64,000 nt of DNA from Deferribacterales bacterium (GCA_050253075.1 JBFWJS010000002.1:576001-640000), one strand, 5' to 3'; shown: positions 10,377 to 21,778, counted from the stretch's first letter. The notes: a model not told the origin generated them from the letters alone. Made by a program: numbers and translations.

Positions 10377-10377
10377 T

Positions 10378-11586
10378 ATGCAGGTATACGCTATCACCCT
10401 TCTGAACGACGAGGGGAAAAAGGTTCGGAAAATTGTCGAGATGGACGACGGCGACGATATCACATCATATATGAATGCCCTCGGTTCGAACATTATATCC
10501 ATAAAAAAGCTCCCCTCTTTCTACAGATTTCTCCGCCCGAAAAAGAAGATAAAGATACCCGAAGTAATAGAAGTAATAGACAACCTCCACATGATAGTGA
10601 AGGCGGGTCTCCCCGTTAACACCGCAATATCCGATCTTGCCAAAGATACTGAGAACCCGACGCTGAAAGATGTTCTCGACGACATCGCCCACAGGATACA
10701 GACGGGGATGACATTCTCCCGTGCACTGGGGAAGCATAAAAAGGTCTTTTCAGACACCACGATAAACCTCGTGCGTATCGGTGAAGAGACAGGACAGCTC
10801 GACAGCACACTGAAAGACGCCGCCAACAACATGCGGAAGATACACGACCTCATCTCCAAGACTAAATCGGCTCTTATATATCCCTCATTCGCCTTTGTGG
10901 CTATGATGGGCACTATGATATTCTGGCTGGTGGTGGTAATGCCGAAGATGATAGATGCTTTCAAATCTTTTCAGATCGATCTGCCGCCCACGACAAAGTT
11001 TATCATGGCTATGTCTAACTTCATGCAGACATATCTGCTGCATATGACTGTCGCCACTGTTGCGGGGGTCATGCTTCACGGATTCCTTCGCCGGACAAAT
11101 ATAAAATACCGCTTCATCACGGATAAGATACTGACAAAGCTGCCTGTTTTCGGCAATATCGTGCGTAATTTCAACTATGCATTCATCGCCGAATATATCC
11201 GCCTGATGATATCCGCAGGTCTGCCTCTGTATATGGCGCTGAGCATTATGGAAGACAGCCTGAACAACCTCGTCTATAAGAGATCTATCGAAAACTCCAG
11301 AGAGCTGATATCCGTGGGTAAGTCTTTCTCCGCCGCTCTCGCAGAGCAAAAGATGTATCCGAACATCATCCTGCGTATGGTGAGCATCGGCGAACAGACG
11401 GGTAACCTTGACTCTCAGCTGGAAAATGTGGCGAACTTCTACTATTACAAAGTGGACTACATAGCCACAAACATCTCAAAGATGATCGAACCTCTGATCA
11501 TAGGCTTTATAGGCATTTTCATGCTGGTCATCATGATAGGTCTTATGGGGCCGATATTCTCGCTTATCACAAATATGCCGACCTAA
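10378..11586 (+). CDS. GspF/PilC family inner-membrane platform protein
   Basis: Two repeats GEETGQLD / GEQTGNLD, ALIYP, MIEP; directly follows the ATPase. Confidence 0.95.
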   Translation: MQVYAITLLNDEGKKVRKIVEMDDGDDITSYMNALGSNIISIKKLPSFYRFLRPKKKIKIPEVIEVIDNLHMIVKAGLPVNTAISDLAKDTENPTLKDVLDDIAHRIQTGMTFSRALGKHKKVFSDTTINLVRIGEETGQLDSTLKDAANNMRKIHDLISKTKSALIYPSFAFVAMMGTMIFWLVVVMPKMIDAFKSFQIDLPPTTKFIMAMSNFMQTYLLHMTVATVAGVMLHGFLRRTNIKYRFITDKILTKLPVFGNIVRNFNYAFIAEYIRLMISAGLPLYMALSIMEDSLNNLVYKRSIENSRELISVGKSFSAALAEQKMYPNIILRMVSIGEQTGNLDSQLENVANFYYYKVDYIATNISKMIEPLIIGFIGIFMLVIMIGLMGPIFSLITNMPT

Positions 11587-11734
11587 CCGCTAGGAGCGGC
11601 CGCCAAATTGTAAGATGATTTTCTGTGCTGCCTCGCAGGACAGCTTCAATTGGTCGCCTGCATCATAAAGGCGCAAACATATGGACACGCAACACCCACA
11701 GAAACTAAACAATAAGACTGTCAGGCCTACCCGA

Positions 11735-12475
11735 CTAGAAGTTTATGTTGCCGAGGACAGGGAACCACATAACAAGGTATGAGCTGATGGTCTGCAGGCT
11801 GTTGGTAGCCATAAGAAGACCGATGATAACAAGCAGAACGCCCGATGTCTTTTCGACTATCATAACGATCTTGCCCGCTTTGCGCACACCGCTGAATACG
11901 AATCCCACGCCGAAAGCAGATATAAGGAACGGTATCCACAGTCCAAAACCGAATGCAGTGAGGAGCTTTATCCCCTCCCATACGGTGTCTTCGCTGGCTG
12001 CCATGGCGAATATACCCGCAAGGACGGGGCCGAGGCAAGGCGTCCAGCCGAAAACGAATGCGATACCTAAAAGAAATGCGTTGATATAGAAAGGCTTGCC
12101 AGTCTTCTGAGTGTAGTTCCACTTTTTCTGAACGAGCAGCCTGTTGATGCGGAAGACTCCCATCATGTGCAGACCGAGGACGATGATCACTATCCCCGCC
12201 ACCTTACCTATGATGAGTTTATAACTTTTAAGGAGCATCCCCACCTTTGTAGCGGAAGCCCCGAGGAGTACGAATACAAGCATGAATCCCAGTCCGAAAA
12301 ATACGGCACCGAGGAATACTTTAAGTCTAGCTGCCTTCTTATCGCCTTTTGAGAGTGTCTCTATCGACTCGCCCGACATAAAAGAGAGATATCCGGGCAA
12401 GAGCGGGAGTACACACGGTGACAAAAAAGAAAGAAGTCCTGCAAATAACGCTGTGTAGATTGATATGTTTTCCAT
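11735..12475 (-). CDS. ccdA: Cytochrome c biogenesis protein CcdA
   Basis: LLSFLSPCVLPLLPGY and GWTPCLGP motifs; divergent from the ccm cluster. Confidence 0.93.
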   Translation of the reverse strand: MENISIYTALFAGLLSFLSPCVLPLLPGYLSFMSGESIETLSKGDKKAARLKVFLGAVFFGLGFMLVFVLLGASATKVGMLLKSYKLIIGKVAGIVIIVLGLHMMGVFRINRLLVQKKWNYTQKTGKPFYINAFLLGIAFVFGWTPCLGPVLAGIFAMAASEDTVWEGIKLLTAFGFGLWIPFLISAFGVGFVFSGVRKAGKIVMIVEKTSGVLLVIIGLLMATNSLQTISSYLVMWFPVLGNINF

Positions 12476-12711
12476 TTACATTCTTTATAAATTTTTTCTT
12501 GATATTGCAATGATTTTTTTACATCATACTAGAGTACAAGACTAACAAAACATATAAAAGTTCATATATATATTGCAGATATATATTAAGGATAATTTTT
12601 ATTGTTTAATATTTTTTTAAGTTGAGTTGTTTAAATAATTGCGATATTATGTCGAAAATTTGAAACTTTTAGACAGGGTGCCTGTCTAGCTATAAACAGG
12701 AGTGAGGAATA

Positions 12712-13116
12712 ATGAAAAAATCCTGGAAATTTTTATTAGCCGCGGTTGTTTTCGCAGGCGCGATAGGCTATCTTTTAGTGTCTGGATTCAGCTCGGAGAG
12801 CGTATATTACCTTGAGGTTTCAGAGGTTGTACAGCATCCTGAGAAATTCAACAAAAAAGGTATGCGTGTCAGTGGTGACGTTGTCACAGGAACTATCACA
12901 AAGGACTTCAAAAAGCAGTATCTCGAATTCGACATAGCAGATGCTGACGGCAAGTCTATGAAAGTGATATACAATGGTATCATCCCAGATACTTTCAAAG
13001 AGGATATACAAGTTATCGTCGAAGGCCGTTACGACCAGAACGCACATGTATTCAATGCTGCGACAGTCTTAACAAAATGTCCGTCTAAATACGAGACAGA
13101 GCTGGAAGAAGGATAA
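12712..13116 (+). CDS. ccmE: Heme chaperone CcmE, CxxxY variant
   Basis: N-terminal TM, YY, PDTFKED, VEG, KCPSKY. Confidence 0.93.
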   Translation: MKKSWKFLLAAVVFAGAIGYLLVSGFSSESVYYLEVSEVVQHPEKFNKKGMRVSGDVVTGTITKDFKKQYLEFDIADADGKSMKVIYNGIIPDTFKEDIQVIVEGRYDQNAHVFNAATVLTKCPSKYETELEEG

Positions 13117-13152
13117 TATCCTCGCATCTAATTTATTTAATAGGGAGAAATA

Positions 13153-15069
13153 ATGGGACAAATCGGTAATCTTTTTCAACTGCTCGGATTATTTGCCGGA
13201 GCTGCCGCTTTTGGTATGTATATTTATGCTATGCAGACCAAATCCAAATCTTACAGCAGGATGGCAGACTGGTTCCTGATCGCACAGGCGGCTTTTGCCA
13301 CTCTGGCGTCAATCGTACTTATTTATGCTCTGGCCACTGGTTATTTCAAAATGGAATACGTGGCTCAGTACACAGACAGAGCTCTGCCGTTTATTTATAA
13401 AATAAGCGGATGGTGGGCAGGACAGGCCGGTTCTCTCCTCTTCTGGGGATGGCTGGTTACAGTCTTCGCTCTCATAGAAATTTTCCGTATCAAAGAATAC
13501 GACATCAGACAAAGATCTGCTGTGCTTGCCGTAGCCGCACTTACAGCTACGTTCTTTTTAGTGCTTACAGTCTTTGTCACCAGCCCGTTTAAGGAGCTTG
13601 ACTTCTTCCCGCAGGACGGTATGGGTATGAACCCTCTCCTGCAGAACCCGGGCATGCTTTATCACCCGCCTACACTTTTCCTCGGATACGTTGGTTTCAC
13701 CATCGTTGTAGGCCACGCTTTTGCAGCACTGGTCAGCAGGGACACATCTTCCTTCTGGGCATCTGACACACGCAGATGGACACTCATCACATGGATATTC
13801 CTTACCATCGGTATCGTACTCGGCGGCGAGTGGGCTTATGTAGAGCTCGGCTGGGGCGGATACTGGGCATGGGACCCTGTAGAGAACGCTTCTCTGCTTC
13901 CATGGCTCACATCCACAGCTTACCTTCACTCTATCGTTATGTTTGAGAGAAAGGGCAAGCTGAAGATATGGTCACACATCCTGATACTGCTTTCGTTCCA
14001 GATGTGCCTTTTCGGTACATTTATCACACGAAGCGGTGTTCTCGACTCTGTTCACGCATTCGGAAAGTCATCGCTGGGATACTTCTTCCTTGTGTTTATG
14101 ATAGGTACTACCGTCATATTCCTTCTTTACCTCTTCAGGATGTTAAAGGAGCTTTCCGATAACGAAGATAAGAACTTCCACTTCTTCTCAAGAGAAGGTA
14201 TGTTCTTCATCGCAAACTGGCTTTTCGTTGGTCTCACACTCGTTATCATAATAGGTACAATGATGCCTATAATATCCGGCATCGTAATGCCTGATAAGAT
14301 AACAGTGGGCATACCATACTATAACAAAGTGTCTGCACCTTTCTTCCTGCTCATACTTCTGGCGAGCGGTCTTGCGCCTCTCCTCTCATACGGTATGACA
14401 GGGGGCAACGTACTGGTGAAGAAGATTGCTCCTTCTGCTGTCTGCGCAGTGATAGTTACTGCCGCTGCGGGTGTCATGGGTTTCACAAACCCTCTCTCAC
14501 TCGCATTGACAGCCGTGACAACTTTCTCACTGGCTACAATAGTCATCCAGCTCGGTGCTACATTTAAAAAGAGCGGTACATCCACATTCCTCTCTAACAG
14601 ACGCTACTACGGCGGACTTATAGTCCACCTCGGCGTTGTTATGATGGCATACGGTATCATCGCTTCTTCTTTCTACAACTCACAGGTGGATAAGGTTGTC
14701 GCTCCGGGCGAAAGCTTTGAGTTTCAGGGGCATACTCTGCAGGTGTCCGACATCCGATTCAGACAGGGCGGTAACTATACATCTGCCTATGCACCTGTTG
14801 CCATCATAAAAGACGGTAAAAAGCTTTATACACTCGCTCCGGAGAGACGCTTCTATGCAAAGAACAAAGAAGCATTTGCTGAGGTAGCCATCAGATCAAC
14901 CCTTGCAGGGGATATGTATCTGATACTCAGTTCATACTCCAAAGACGAGAATTATGTCGGCATACAGGCTGTTTATCAGCCGCTGATCGCATGGGTATGG
15001 CTTGGCTGTATCGTGATGATATTAGGCGGTCTATACGGATTTTCAGGACGGAAGAAACAAAATGTCTGA
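13153..15069 (+). CDS. ccmF: Heme lyase CcmF
   Basis: WAGQAGSLLFW, GMNPLLQNPGMLYHPP, WAYVELGWGGYWAWDPVENASLLPW, SVHAF. Confidence 0.96.
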   Translation: MGQIGNLFQLLGLFAGAAAFGMYIYAMQTKSKSYSRMADWFLIAQAAFATLASIVLIYALATGYFKMEYVAQYTDRALPFIYKISGWWAGQAGSLLFWGWLVTVFALIEIFRIKEYDIRQRSAVLAVAALTATFFLVLTVFVTSPFKELDFFPQDGMGMNPLLQNPGMLYHPPTLFLGYVGFTIVVGHAFAALVSRDTSSFWASDTRRWTLITWIFLTIGIVLGGEWAYVELGWGGYWAWDPVENASLLPWLTSTAYLHSIVMFERKGKLKIWSHILILLSFQMCLFGTFITRSGVLDSVHAFGKSSLGYFFLVFMIGTTVIFLLYLFRMLKELSDNEDKNFHFFSREGMFFIANWLFVGLTLVIIIGTMMPIISGIVMPDKITVGIPYYNKVSAPFFLLILLASGLAPLLSYGMTGGNVLVKKIAPSAVCAVIVTAAAGVMGFTNPLSLALTAVTTFSLATIVIQLGATFKKSGTSTFLSNRRYYGGLIVHLGVVMMAYGIIASSFYNSQVDKVVAPGESFEFQGHTLQVSDIRFRQGGNYTSAYAPVAIIKDGKKLYTLAPERRFYAKNKEAFAEVAIRSTLAGDMYLILSSYSKDENYVGIQAVYQPLIAWVWLGCIVMILGGLYGFSGRKKQNV

Positions 15070-15769
15070 ACCTCTTATTCAGTTCAGCAAAGTTAATAAG
15101 AAATACGGACACATCCACGCTATGCGGGATGTGTCCGTGTCATTTAATAAGGGCGAGTTCATCAGCATCTTCGGACCTAACGGTGCCGGCAAATCTACGT
15201 TTCTGAAGCTGCTCTGCACTATGACTTCCCCTTCCTCAGGCGATATCATGTATGAGGGAACGCCCCTTAAAAAGCTGAAGGATGATTTCCGCAGCAGGTT
15301 TGGCGTGATATCCCACCAGCCTTTCCTTTACTCTGAGCTTACTGCTATGGAGAACCTCCGCTTTTACGCAAAGCTTTACGGTGTTGAAAAGATCGACGAC
15401 CGCATTAAGGAGCTTCTCGATAAGGTTGAGCTTTATAAAAGACGTAACGACAAGGTGCGAGGCTATTCAAGAGGTATGCTCCAGAGACTCTCTATCACAA
15501 GGGCTCTCCTGCATAACCCCGACATAGTAGTACTCGACGAGCCATACACAGGCCTCGACACTCATGCATCAGACATACTTACTAAGATACTTATGGAGCT
15601 GTTCGACGAACAGCGCACCATACTTATGGTCACACACAACATAAAGCAGGGCTACGATGCGTCTTCCAGACTTGCGATAATCCGCAGGGGTCAGATAGTC
15701 TTCGACAGGAAGAAATCAGATATTGCCATAGACGAATTTGAGCATGCATATACAGAGGCGGTGAGCTGA
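15062..15769 (+). CDS. ccmA: Heme exporter ATP-binding protein CcmA
   Basis: GPNGAGKS, YSRGMLQR, LDEPYTGLD; position in ccm cluster. Confidence 0.9.
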   Translation: MSEPLIQFSKVNKKYGHIHAMRDVSVSFNKGEFISIFGPNGAGKSTFLKLLCTMTSPSSGDIMYEGTPLKKLKDDFRSRFGVISHQPFLYSELTAMENLRFYAKLYGVEKIDDRIKELLDKVELYKRRNDKVRGYSRGMLQRLSITRALLHNPDIVVLDEPYTGLDTHASDILTKILMELFDEQRTILMVTHNIKQGYDASSRLAIIRRGQIVFDRKKSDIAIDEFEHAYTEAVS

Positions 15770-16446
15770 TGAACTATTTAGGATCAATTCTCGCCATTGT
15801 GCGCAAGGACATCTTACATGAGCTTAAATCAAGAGAGATAGTGGTCTCTATGCTGCTTTTCTCTGTGCTTACTGTTGTGGTATTCAGTTTTATATTCGAA
15901 CCAGGCTCAGAATTCAAGAATCGTGTCGTGGGCGGCATACTCTGGATGTCTGTTATTTTTGCAGGTCTGCTCGGACTTAATAAATCCATGATGAGCGAGA
16001 TCAGCGGAGGAAACTTTTCCGCACTTCTCCTTGCTCCGGTGGACAGGTCTGCTATATTTTTCGGTAAAGCTATAAGCAACTTCCTATTTATGGCAGTTGT
16101 GGAGGCTATCACCATACCTCTTTTCATGATTTTATATAACATCCAGATATTCAACTCCGGCCCCATGCCGCTGGCAGTTTTCTTTATGGGGACTTATGGG
16201 TTTGCCATATTAGGAACACTTTTTTCTATCATTTCCGTGAGCACACGGACACGTGAAGTTATGCTTCCGCTGCTCCTGCTCCCTGTTATGGTTCCTGTTA
16301 TACTTGCATCCGTGCAGGCTCTGAATATCTATATCTTAGGGCTCGACATAGCTGAGTCTTATAAATGGTTGAAGCTTCTCGCCGTATTCGATATTATATT
16401 TACAGTAGTTGTTTTCGCAGTATTTGATTTCATAGTAGAGGATTAA
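15769..16446 (+). CDS. ccmB: Heme exporter permease CcmB
   Basis: Multi-TM, KDILHELK, LPLLLLPVMVPVIL; context. Confidence 0.9.
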   Translation: MNYLGSILAIVRKDILHELKSREIVVSMLLFSVLTVVVFSFIFEPGSEFKNRVVGGILWMSVIFAGLLGLNKSMMSEISGGNFSALLLAPVDRSAIFFGKAISNFLFMAVVEAITIPLFMILYNIQIFNSGPMPLAVFFMGTYGFAILGTLFSIISVSTRTREVMLPLLLLPVMVPVILASVQALNIYILGLDIAESYKWLKLLAVFDIIFTVVVFAVFDFIVED

Positions 16447-16447
16447 T

Positions 16448-17104
<657 letters not shown>

Positions 17105-17108
17105 TACT

Positions 17109-17240
17109 ATGCAGAATTTTTCATACCTGTTTGCAGGATACACAGCTATTTTCGTACTTTTAGGAATTTACTTTATGATTCTCGGCTCTAAGGTCTCTGA
17201 CCTGGAGAAGCGTGTCGAAGCTCTCGACAGCGAAGATTAA
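17109..17240 (+). CDS. ccmD: CcmD-like small membrane protein, 43 aa
   Basis: Below the ORF-track cutoff; MQNFSYLFAGYTAIFVLLGIYFMILGSKVSDLEKRVEALDSED; GGAGG RBS in the ccmC tail; single TM plus charged tail. Confidence 0.8.
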   Translation: MQNFSYLFAGYTAIFVLLGIYFMILGSKVSDLEKRVEALDSED

Positions 17241-18370
17241 CGACGTAAAGCCATCCTGCCCAGCAGCAGAGTGGATAACATTATTACAGCTAGGAGCACC
17301 AGAAAGGTGTTCCAGCTGTAGTTTTCATATATCATACCCGGAACGACTGATCCCAGTGTCCCGCCTGAATAATAAAAAGAAACATACAGTCCGTTTGTAA
17401 CGCCCTTCCTGCTGTCTGCCATCTTATTTACATAGCCAGATGCTATTGTATGGCTCATAAACATTCCTGCGCAGAATATAAACATCCCAACGAACATAAC
17501 GTATATATTTGAGGATACAAACAGCCCCAGTGATAGCAGATACACACTAAGCCCAACGAATATCGCATTCACTTCACCTCTGAATATCTTTATCAGCTTC
17601 AGAGAATTAAGGGATGTGACAATACCCATTATATATCCTGTGTACATAACACCGATAAGCATCGCATTTGATGAAGGGTTTATCTCTCTCAGTCTGAAAG
17701 GGATAAAGTTCAGCACAGCGGCAAACATAAAGAACATGCTGAAGATCATTATATAGGTGATGAGAAAACGCTTTTGCGCAAGAACCTCAAGGGCTGCACG
17801 CATATTCAGCTTAGTCATTTCAGCTTTATTATTATCCAGCTTACCTATCATAAGCACAGAGGCAAGGAGGCTGAATCCGAGTATAGTAAACATCACACGC
17901 CAGTTGGTATAATAAGAGATAAGACCGGAAAAGAATCTGCCAGAGAATCCGCCTATTATTGTTGATGATATATAAATTGCCATTATCTTCTGTACGTTTT
18001 CTTTAGTCGTCATTGTAGCAATGTATGTCATAAGTCCGGTAAGTATAGCAGGTATCGCAAGCCCTTCGACCACTCTCAGTGCCAGCAGTAAGCTAAATGA
18101 ATTCGACACTGAAAAAACGAACTGACTGACGGCAAGTATGATGATAGATATCAGCAGCATCTTCTTGGCCGAGACAGACTCCAGTATATATCCGTAAAAT
18201 ATCGGAGATATACTAAGAGGAAACATCGTCAGTGTCGTAAGCAGGGCAGACTGAGACTGTGATACTTTGAAATACTCCATGATGATCGGCTGGATCGGCT
18301 GTGGAGCATATAGAGCCGAAAATGTAAGTATGGTGGTAAAAATAATTATACCGAGCTTTAACCTATCCAT
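17237..18370 (-). CDS. MFS transporter, YnfM-like
   Basis: About 12 TM segments, LYAPQP, GGFSGR, LYVSFYYSGG. Confidence 0.88.
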   Translation of the reverse strand: MDRLKLGIIIFTTILTFSALYAPQPIQPIIMEYFKVSQSQSALLTTLTMFPLSISPIFYGYILESVSAKKMLLISIIILAVSQFVFSVSNSFSLLLALRVVEGLAIPAILTGLMTYIATMTTKENVQKIMAIYISSTIIGGFSGRFFSGLISYYTNWRVMFTILGFSLLASVLMIGKLDNNKAEMTKLNMRAALEVLAQKRFLITYIMIFSMFFMFAAVLNFIPFRLREINPSSNAMLIGVMYTGYIMGIVTSLNSLKLIKIFRGEVNAIFVGLSVYLLSLGLFVSSNIYVMFVGMFIFCAGMFMSHTIASGYVNKMADSRKGVTNGLYVSFYYSGGTLGSVVPGMIYENYSWNTFLVLLAVIMLSTLLLGRMALRR

Positions 18371-18425
18371 TGAGACAGATTAATCCAAATATAAGAGTTA
18401 GGAAAGAATTAATATGTGTAGAAAC

Positions 18426-18455
18426 AAAAAAGGCTCACCCGAAGGTGAGCCTTTT
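18426..18455 (-). terminator. Intrinsic terminator of the porin gene
   Basis: AAAAAAGGCTCACC-CGAA-GGTGAGCCTTTT. Confidence 0.88.
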
Positions 18456-18486
18456 GATTATCATTGAACTTTAACTTAGTTCTAAA

Positions 18487-19773
18487 TTAGAAGCTAAGGT
18501 TAAGTGTGTTGATAAGACCGATAGCTGGGTCAACATCATAAGATGTGTCTGTATCAATTTCAGCATAGCCGAGTTTTACAGTGTAAGACATAGCATCTGT
18601 TATAGCGTAAGTAGCCATGATGTCGATTTCGAAAGCTGTAGCATCTTCGAATTCTGTATCTTCAAGTGTAGACACAGCGTAGAAAGCTCCACCTGTGATG
18701 TTAAATTTTGCGTTAACATCGTAAGAAGCGTAGAGACCGTTAGCCCATATACCAGCAAGACCGGAGTAACCGTCTATACCAAGTGTATTAGCAAGGTAGC
18801 CTTCATCACCAAGTACGAAGAGAAGGTCATCATCGAAGTCATCGCCCATGTCGTAAGCTTTGCCAGCATCTTCATCGAATGAAGAGTAAGCTGTGATGAA
18901 GCCAAGTTTAGCGCCAGCTACTTTTGTGTATATATTACCATAGATACCGTATGCGCTGTAATCATCAGCACCACTTACGTCTGTAGTAACATCATCGTAG
19001 TCGAATTCTAATTCGAATCCAACAGCACCGAGGTCACCGCCAACAGCGAGGTCGAAAGATACAACTGTATCGCCATCGTTATCGCCAGACTCTGCAGATG
19101 TAGCAGGAGCCATAACAACAAGACCTGTTGCAGGATCAAGTGAGTAAGAAGCAGCAGATGCTTCGTGGCCTTTTACTTTCTGAGAGTTGTTAGCGTATGT
19201 GAAAAGAGGAGCTACAGTGATACCGCTGAACTTGCCTGTGTAGCCAAGAGCGTAAAGGTCACCATCATCTTTCTCTTTATCTTCGTAGTCGCCGATGTTG
19301 TTGCTTTCAGAAGATTTCTGAACGAAAGCGATTACTTTACCAACTGTCACTGGGATTGTAGCTTTAATTCTGTATTTACCTTCTACGTTGTTACCAAAGT
19401 TGTATGACCAGCCGCCGCCGTTCATAAGACCAACTTCGAGAAGAACAGAACCGAAGTTATGTCCCATCCAAGCTCTCTGTACAGAGAACTGTGTTTGGTC
19501 AGCGTAGTCACCGTCGCTAGCTGGGCTTCCTTCCCATGTTCCATCAAGGAACTCGAATTTAGCTTTGAAGAATGTGTCTTTGTCAACCTGAGCGTTCAGC
19601 CAAAGGTCGAAGTCGTGCTCGTAGAATCTCTGAGTGTAATCAGAATCCTCAGATCCCTCTACGTTGTCAAGGTATTTACCGGATACTTCATAAGCACCGG
19701 AGAATGTGATGTCAGCAGCAAATGCTGTAGCAGCAAAAGCTACCATCATGAGAGCAACAAGAAGTTTTCTCAT
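18487..19773 (-). CDS. Probable major outer-membrane beta-barrel protein (porin-like)
   Basis: Sec signal (ATAFA), alternating amphipathic strands, acidic, C-terminal Phe (LNLSF), strong AGGAGG RBS and terminator. Confidence 0.75.
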   Translation of the reverse strand: MRKLLVALMMVAFAATAFAADITFSGAYEVSGKYLDNVEGSEDSDYTQRFYEHDFDLWLNAQVDKDTFFKAKFEFLDGTWEGSPASDGDYADQTQFSVQRAWMGHNFGSVLLEVGLMNGGGWSYNFGNNVEGKYRIKATIPVTVGKVIAFVQKSSESNNIGDYEDKEKDDGDLYALGYTGKFSGITVAPLFTYANNSQKVKGHEASAASYSLDPATGLVVMAPATSAESGDNDGDTVVSFDLAVGGDLGAVGFELEFDYDDVTTDVSGADDYSAYGIYGNIYTKVAGAKLGFITAYSSFDEDAGKAYDMGDDFDDDLLFVLGDEGYLANTLGIDGYSGLAGIWANGLYASYDVNAKFNITGGAFYAVSTLEDTEFEDATAFEIDIMATYAITDAMSYTVKLGYAEIDTDTSYDVDPAIGLINTLNLSF

Positions 19774-19869
19774 TTCTTTTCCTCCTGTAGGTTTTTACAT
19801 TTTAAAGGCGTTAACCTTTTTTTCTCTTTCTATCTGTATACAGTCTACTGCATACATATAATCGTTGTG

Positions 19870-19898
19870 ATGCTACCACAGCAAAAATGCCCTGTCAA
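19870..19898 (-). promoter_or_regulatory. Sigma70-type promoter of the porin gene
   Basis: TTGACA-N17-TAGCAT with TGn extended -10. Confidence 0.7.
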
Positions 19899-20140
19899 CA
19901 TCAAACACGATTTTTTTTATCCTGCATGACATACACTTATATGAAACCTGCCGTACACAGGTGTATACTTTTTTAAACAGCTAAGCATATAATATGTATC
20001 TCTTTTAAAACAGTATGTGGTTTTCAAACAACTTTCAGCCTCTTAGTGTATCGTCCTTTATTACGAACACTTTAGATAAACGATAATCTTTTTTTTATCT
20101 ATACCCTGTTCGAGGCAGGCTAATTAATTAGTTATTAAAG

Positions 20141-20156
20141 AGCATATTACGTGCCA
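20141..20156 (-). promoter_or_regulatory. Sigma54 (-24/-12) promoter motif upstream of the porin gene
   Basis: TGGCACGTAATATGCT, GG-N10-GC. Confidence 0.6.
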
Positions 20157-20158
20157 AA

Positions 20159-21778
20159 TTATTTTGTTTCAATATATATAAACTGTGACCTGTCTCCGGA
20201 CATCATGCTCTCGCTGAAATTTCTCAACAGGAACAGATATGTTCTGCCGAATTCCTCATACATATAGTAATCAGAGATGACAGGCTCCATAATATCAGAG
20301 TACCAGAGGTTACTGATCCTTCTGCCGTCCCATCTATATATTGCGAAACGAGAACCTTCATACCCGTGAGCCTGAAGGAGCATTTTATATTTCTTTTCAT
20401 TCTGAACGAGGTAGATGTTGCCGTCGGAGTTAACAAACACCCTCCCCTTTATGTATTTCTTGTGGTTTTCAAATGTGAAAGGATCATCCTCGCCTTTACC
20501 TGACTTGCGCTCCACCTCATCATCGACCACTTCATTTTTGAGGATAAAGAAATAAGGTGTCTGACCAAATTCTTCCAGAGAAGTATATTTGAGACTTGAG
20601 CCATTATAAACATTCAGCCTGTAATCTTCACCGATGTGGAAGACTTCGTTCGTACCGTCGTTGTCCAGATCGCTGTATCCGAATCCGTATATGTTAACAT
20701 CTCTGCTGGATGAAACAGCAGGTCCTCGCTCGTATACACCATTAGAAACAACCAGCTTGTGAACCATACCTATATAGTTACCTGTGGTTGATATCTTCTG
20801 AGCTAAGACGCTCTTAACACCCTTTACGTGTGTGGTGCGGAAGATGTAAGGCATATTTGTCTCGAGTTCGGCAAATCTGCTGCCGTTATATTCATATATA
20901 GCTGAGCTGATGTTTGTGTTGTACTTAAGCTCAGTGACGAATATCTCGTCTACGCCGTCTTCATCCATATCAGCAAGCTCTACGTTCTGAATATTGTCGA
21001 ATTTAACGCCGAGGTCTCCGGCAGGCTGGAACTCCTTACCTGTGAATACATAAAAGTCCACGCCTTCTTTATCTGCCGCTGCTATATATATATTACCGTC
21101 CTGCTTTACATGGCCTACGGCAATGGATTTATATGTCTTGTCTATCGCTTTGCTGCGGAGTATGTCTTTCGTTGCCAGAGCTGTCCCGCCGGTGAGGTTT
21201 ATATCCTGATCTGAAAAGTATCTGGAATAGACCAGAGCCCCTGACTTACTGTCGGAGACGGTATATCCTATGCCGCCCTCTTCCTGCTGTGTGAATGTCA
21301 GCGTGAGCGGAGCAGAGTCTTTTATCATAATATTTCTGGCATTGCTGAGCTCTTCCTTAAGGAGCAGCTCAAGACGCACGGGGAGCTTCTCTATCTTAAC
21401 AGCCACTTCTATAGGCGGATTCATAGTGAGGATATCGCCCGGCTTAACCGCACGCACCTGCTTTGTGATCTTCGCATTGGAATATCCGTCGAAGACCTCG
21501 CTGATCTGTATGTCGCCTATGTAAATCTTTTTATTTCCGAGAACCTGCTTTGTGATGGGGTGTATGATAGGTTCGCTCTGGCGGTATATCTTCATATCCA
21601 GACCGTCATAGACACCTTTATCCCTGCCGAGGTCAGTGATCATATCACTATCTTCGACACTGACGACATAGCCTGTAAATCTCTCAAACATCTGGTCGAT
21701 GTCGTCTGTCAGCTTCTCAAATCTTGCGAATGCAAGTGACGGAATCAGTATCAGTAGTAATAAAAAGATTCTTTTCAT
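20159..21778 (-). CDS. Secreted protein with FlgT-C-like N-terminal domain and FG-GAP/VCBS repeats
   Basis: Signal peptide; GYVVSVE...DLGRDKGV...IHPITKQVLG...IGDIQISEV; DMDEDGVDEI and DLDNDGTNEV motifs. Confidence 0.65.
   Translation of the reverse strand: MKRIFLLLLILIPSLAFARFEKLTDDIDQMFERFTGYVVSVEDSDMITDLGRDKGVYDGLDMKIYRQSEPIIHPITKQVLGNKKIYIGDIQISEVFDGYSNAKITKQVRAVKPGDILTMNPPIEVAVKIEKLPVRLELLLKEELSNARNIMIKDSAPLTLTFTQQEEGGIGYTVSDSKSGALVYSRYFSDQDINLTGGTALATKDILRSKAIDKTYKSIAVGHVKQDGNIYIAAADKEGVDFYVFTGKEFQPAGDLGVKFDNIQNVELADMDEDGVDEIFVTELKYNTNISSAIYEYNGSRFAELETNMPYIFRTTHVKGVKSVLAQKISTTGNYIGMVHKLVVSNGVYERGPAVSSSRDVNIYGFGYSDLDNDGTNEVFHIGEDYRLNVYNGSSLKYTSLEEFGQTPYFFILKNEVVDDEVERKSGKGEDDPFTFENHKKYIKGRVFVNSDGNIYLVQNEKKYKMLLQAHGYEGSRFAIYRWDGRRISNLWYSDIMEPVISDYYMYEEFGRTYLFLLRNFSESMMSGDRSQFIYIETK

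Noticed and set aside
11587..11734. Possible REP or sRNA between the converging pilC-like gene and ccdA
   Set aside because: Only weak, imperfect pairing and no second copy seen
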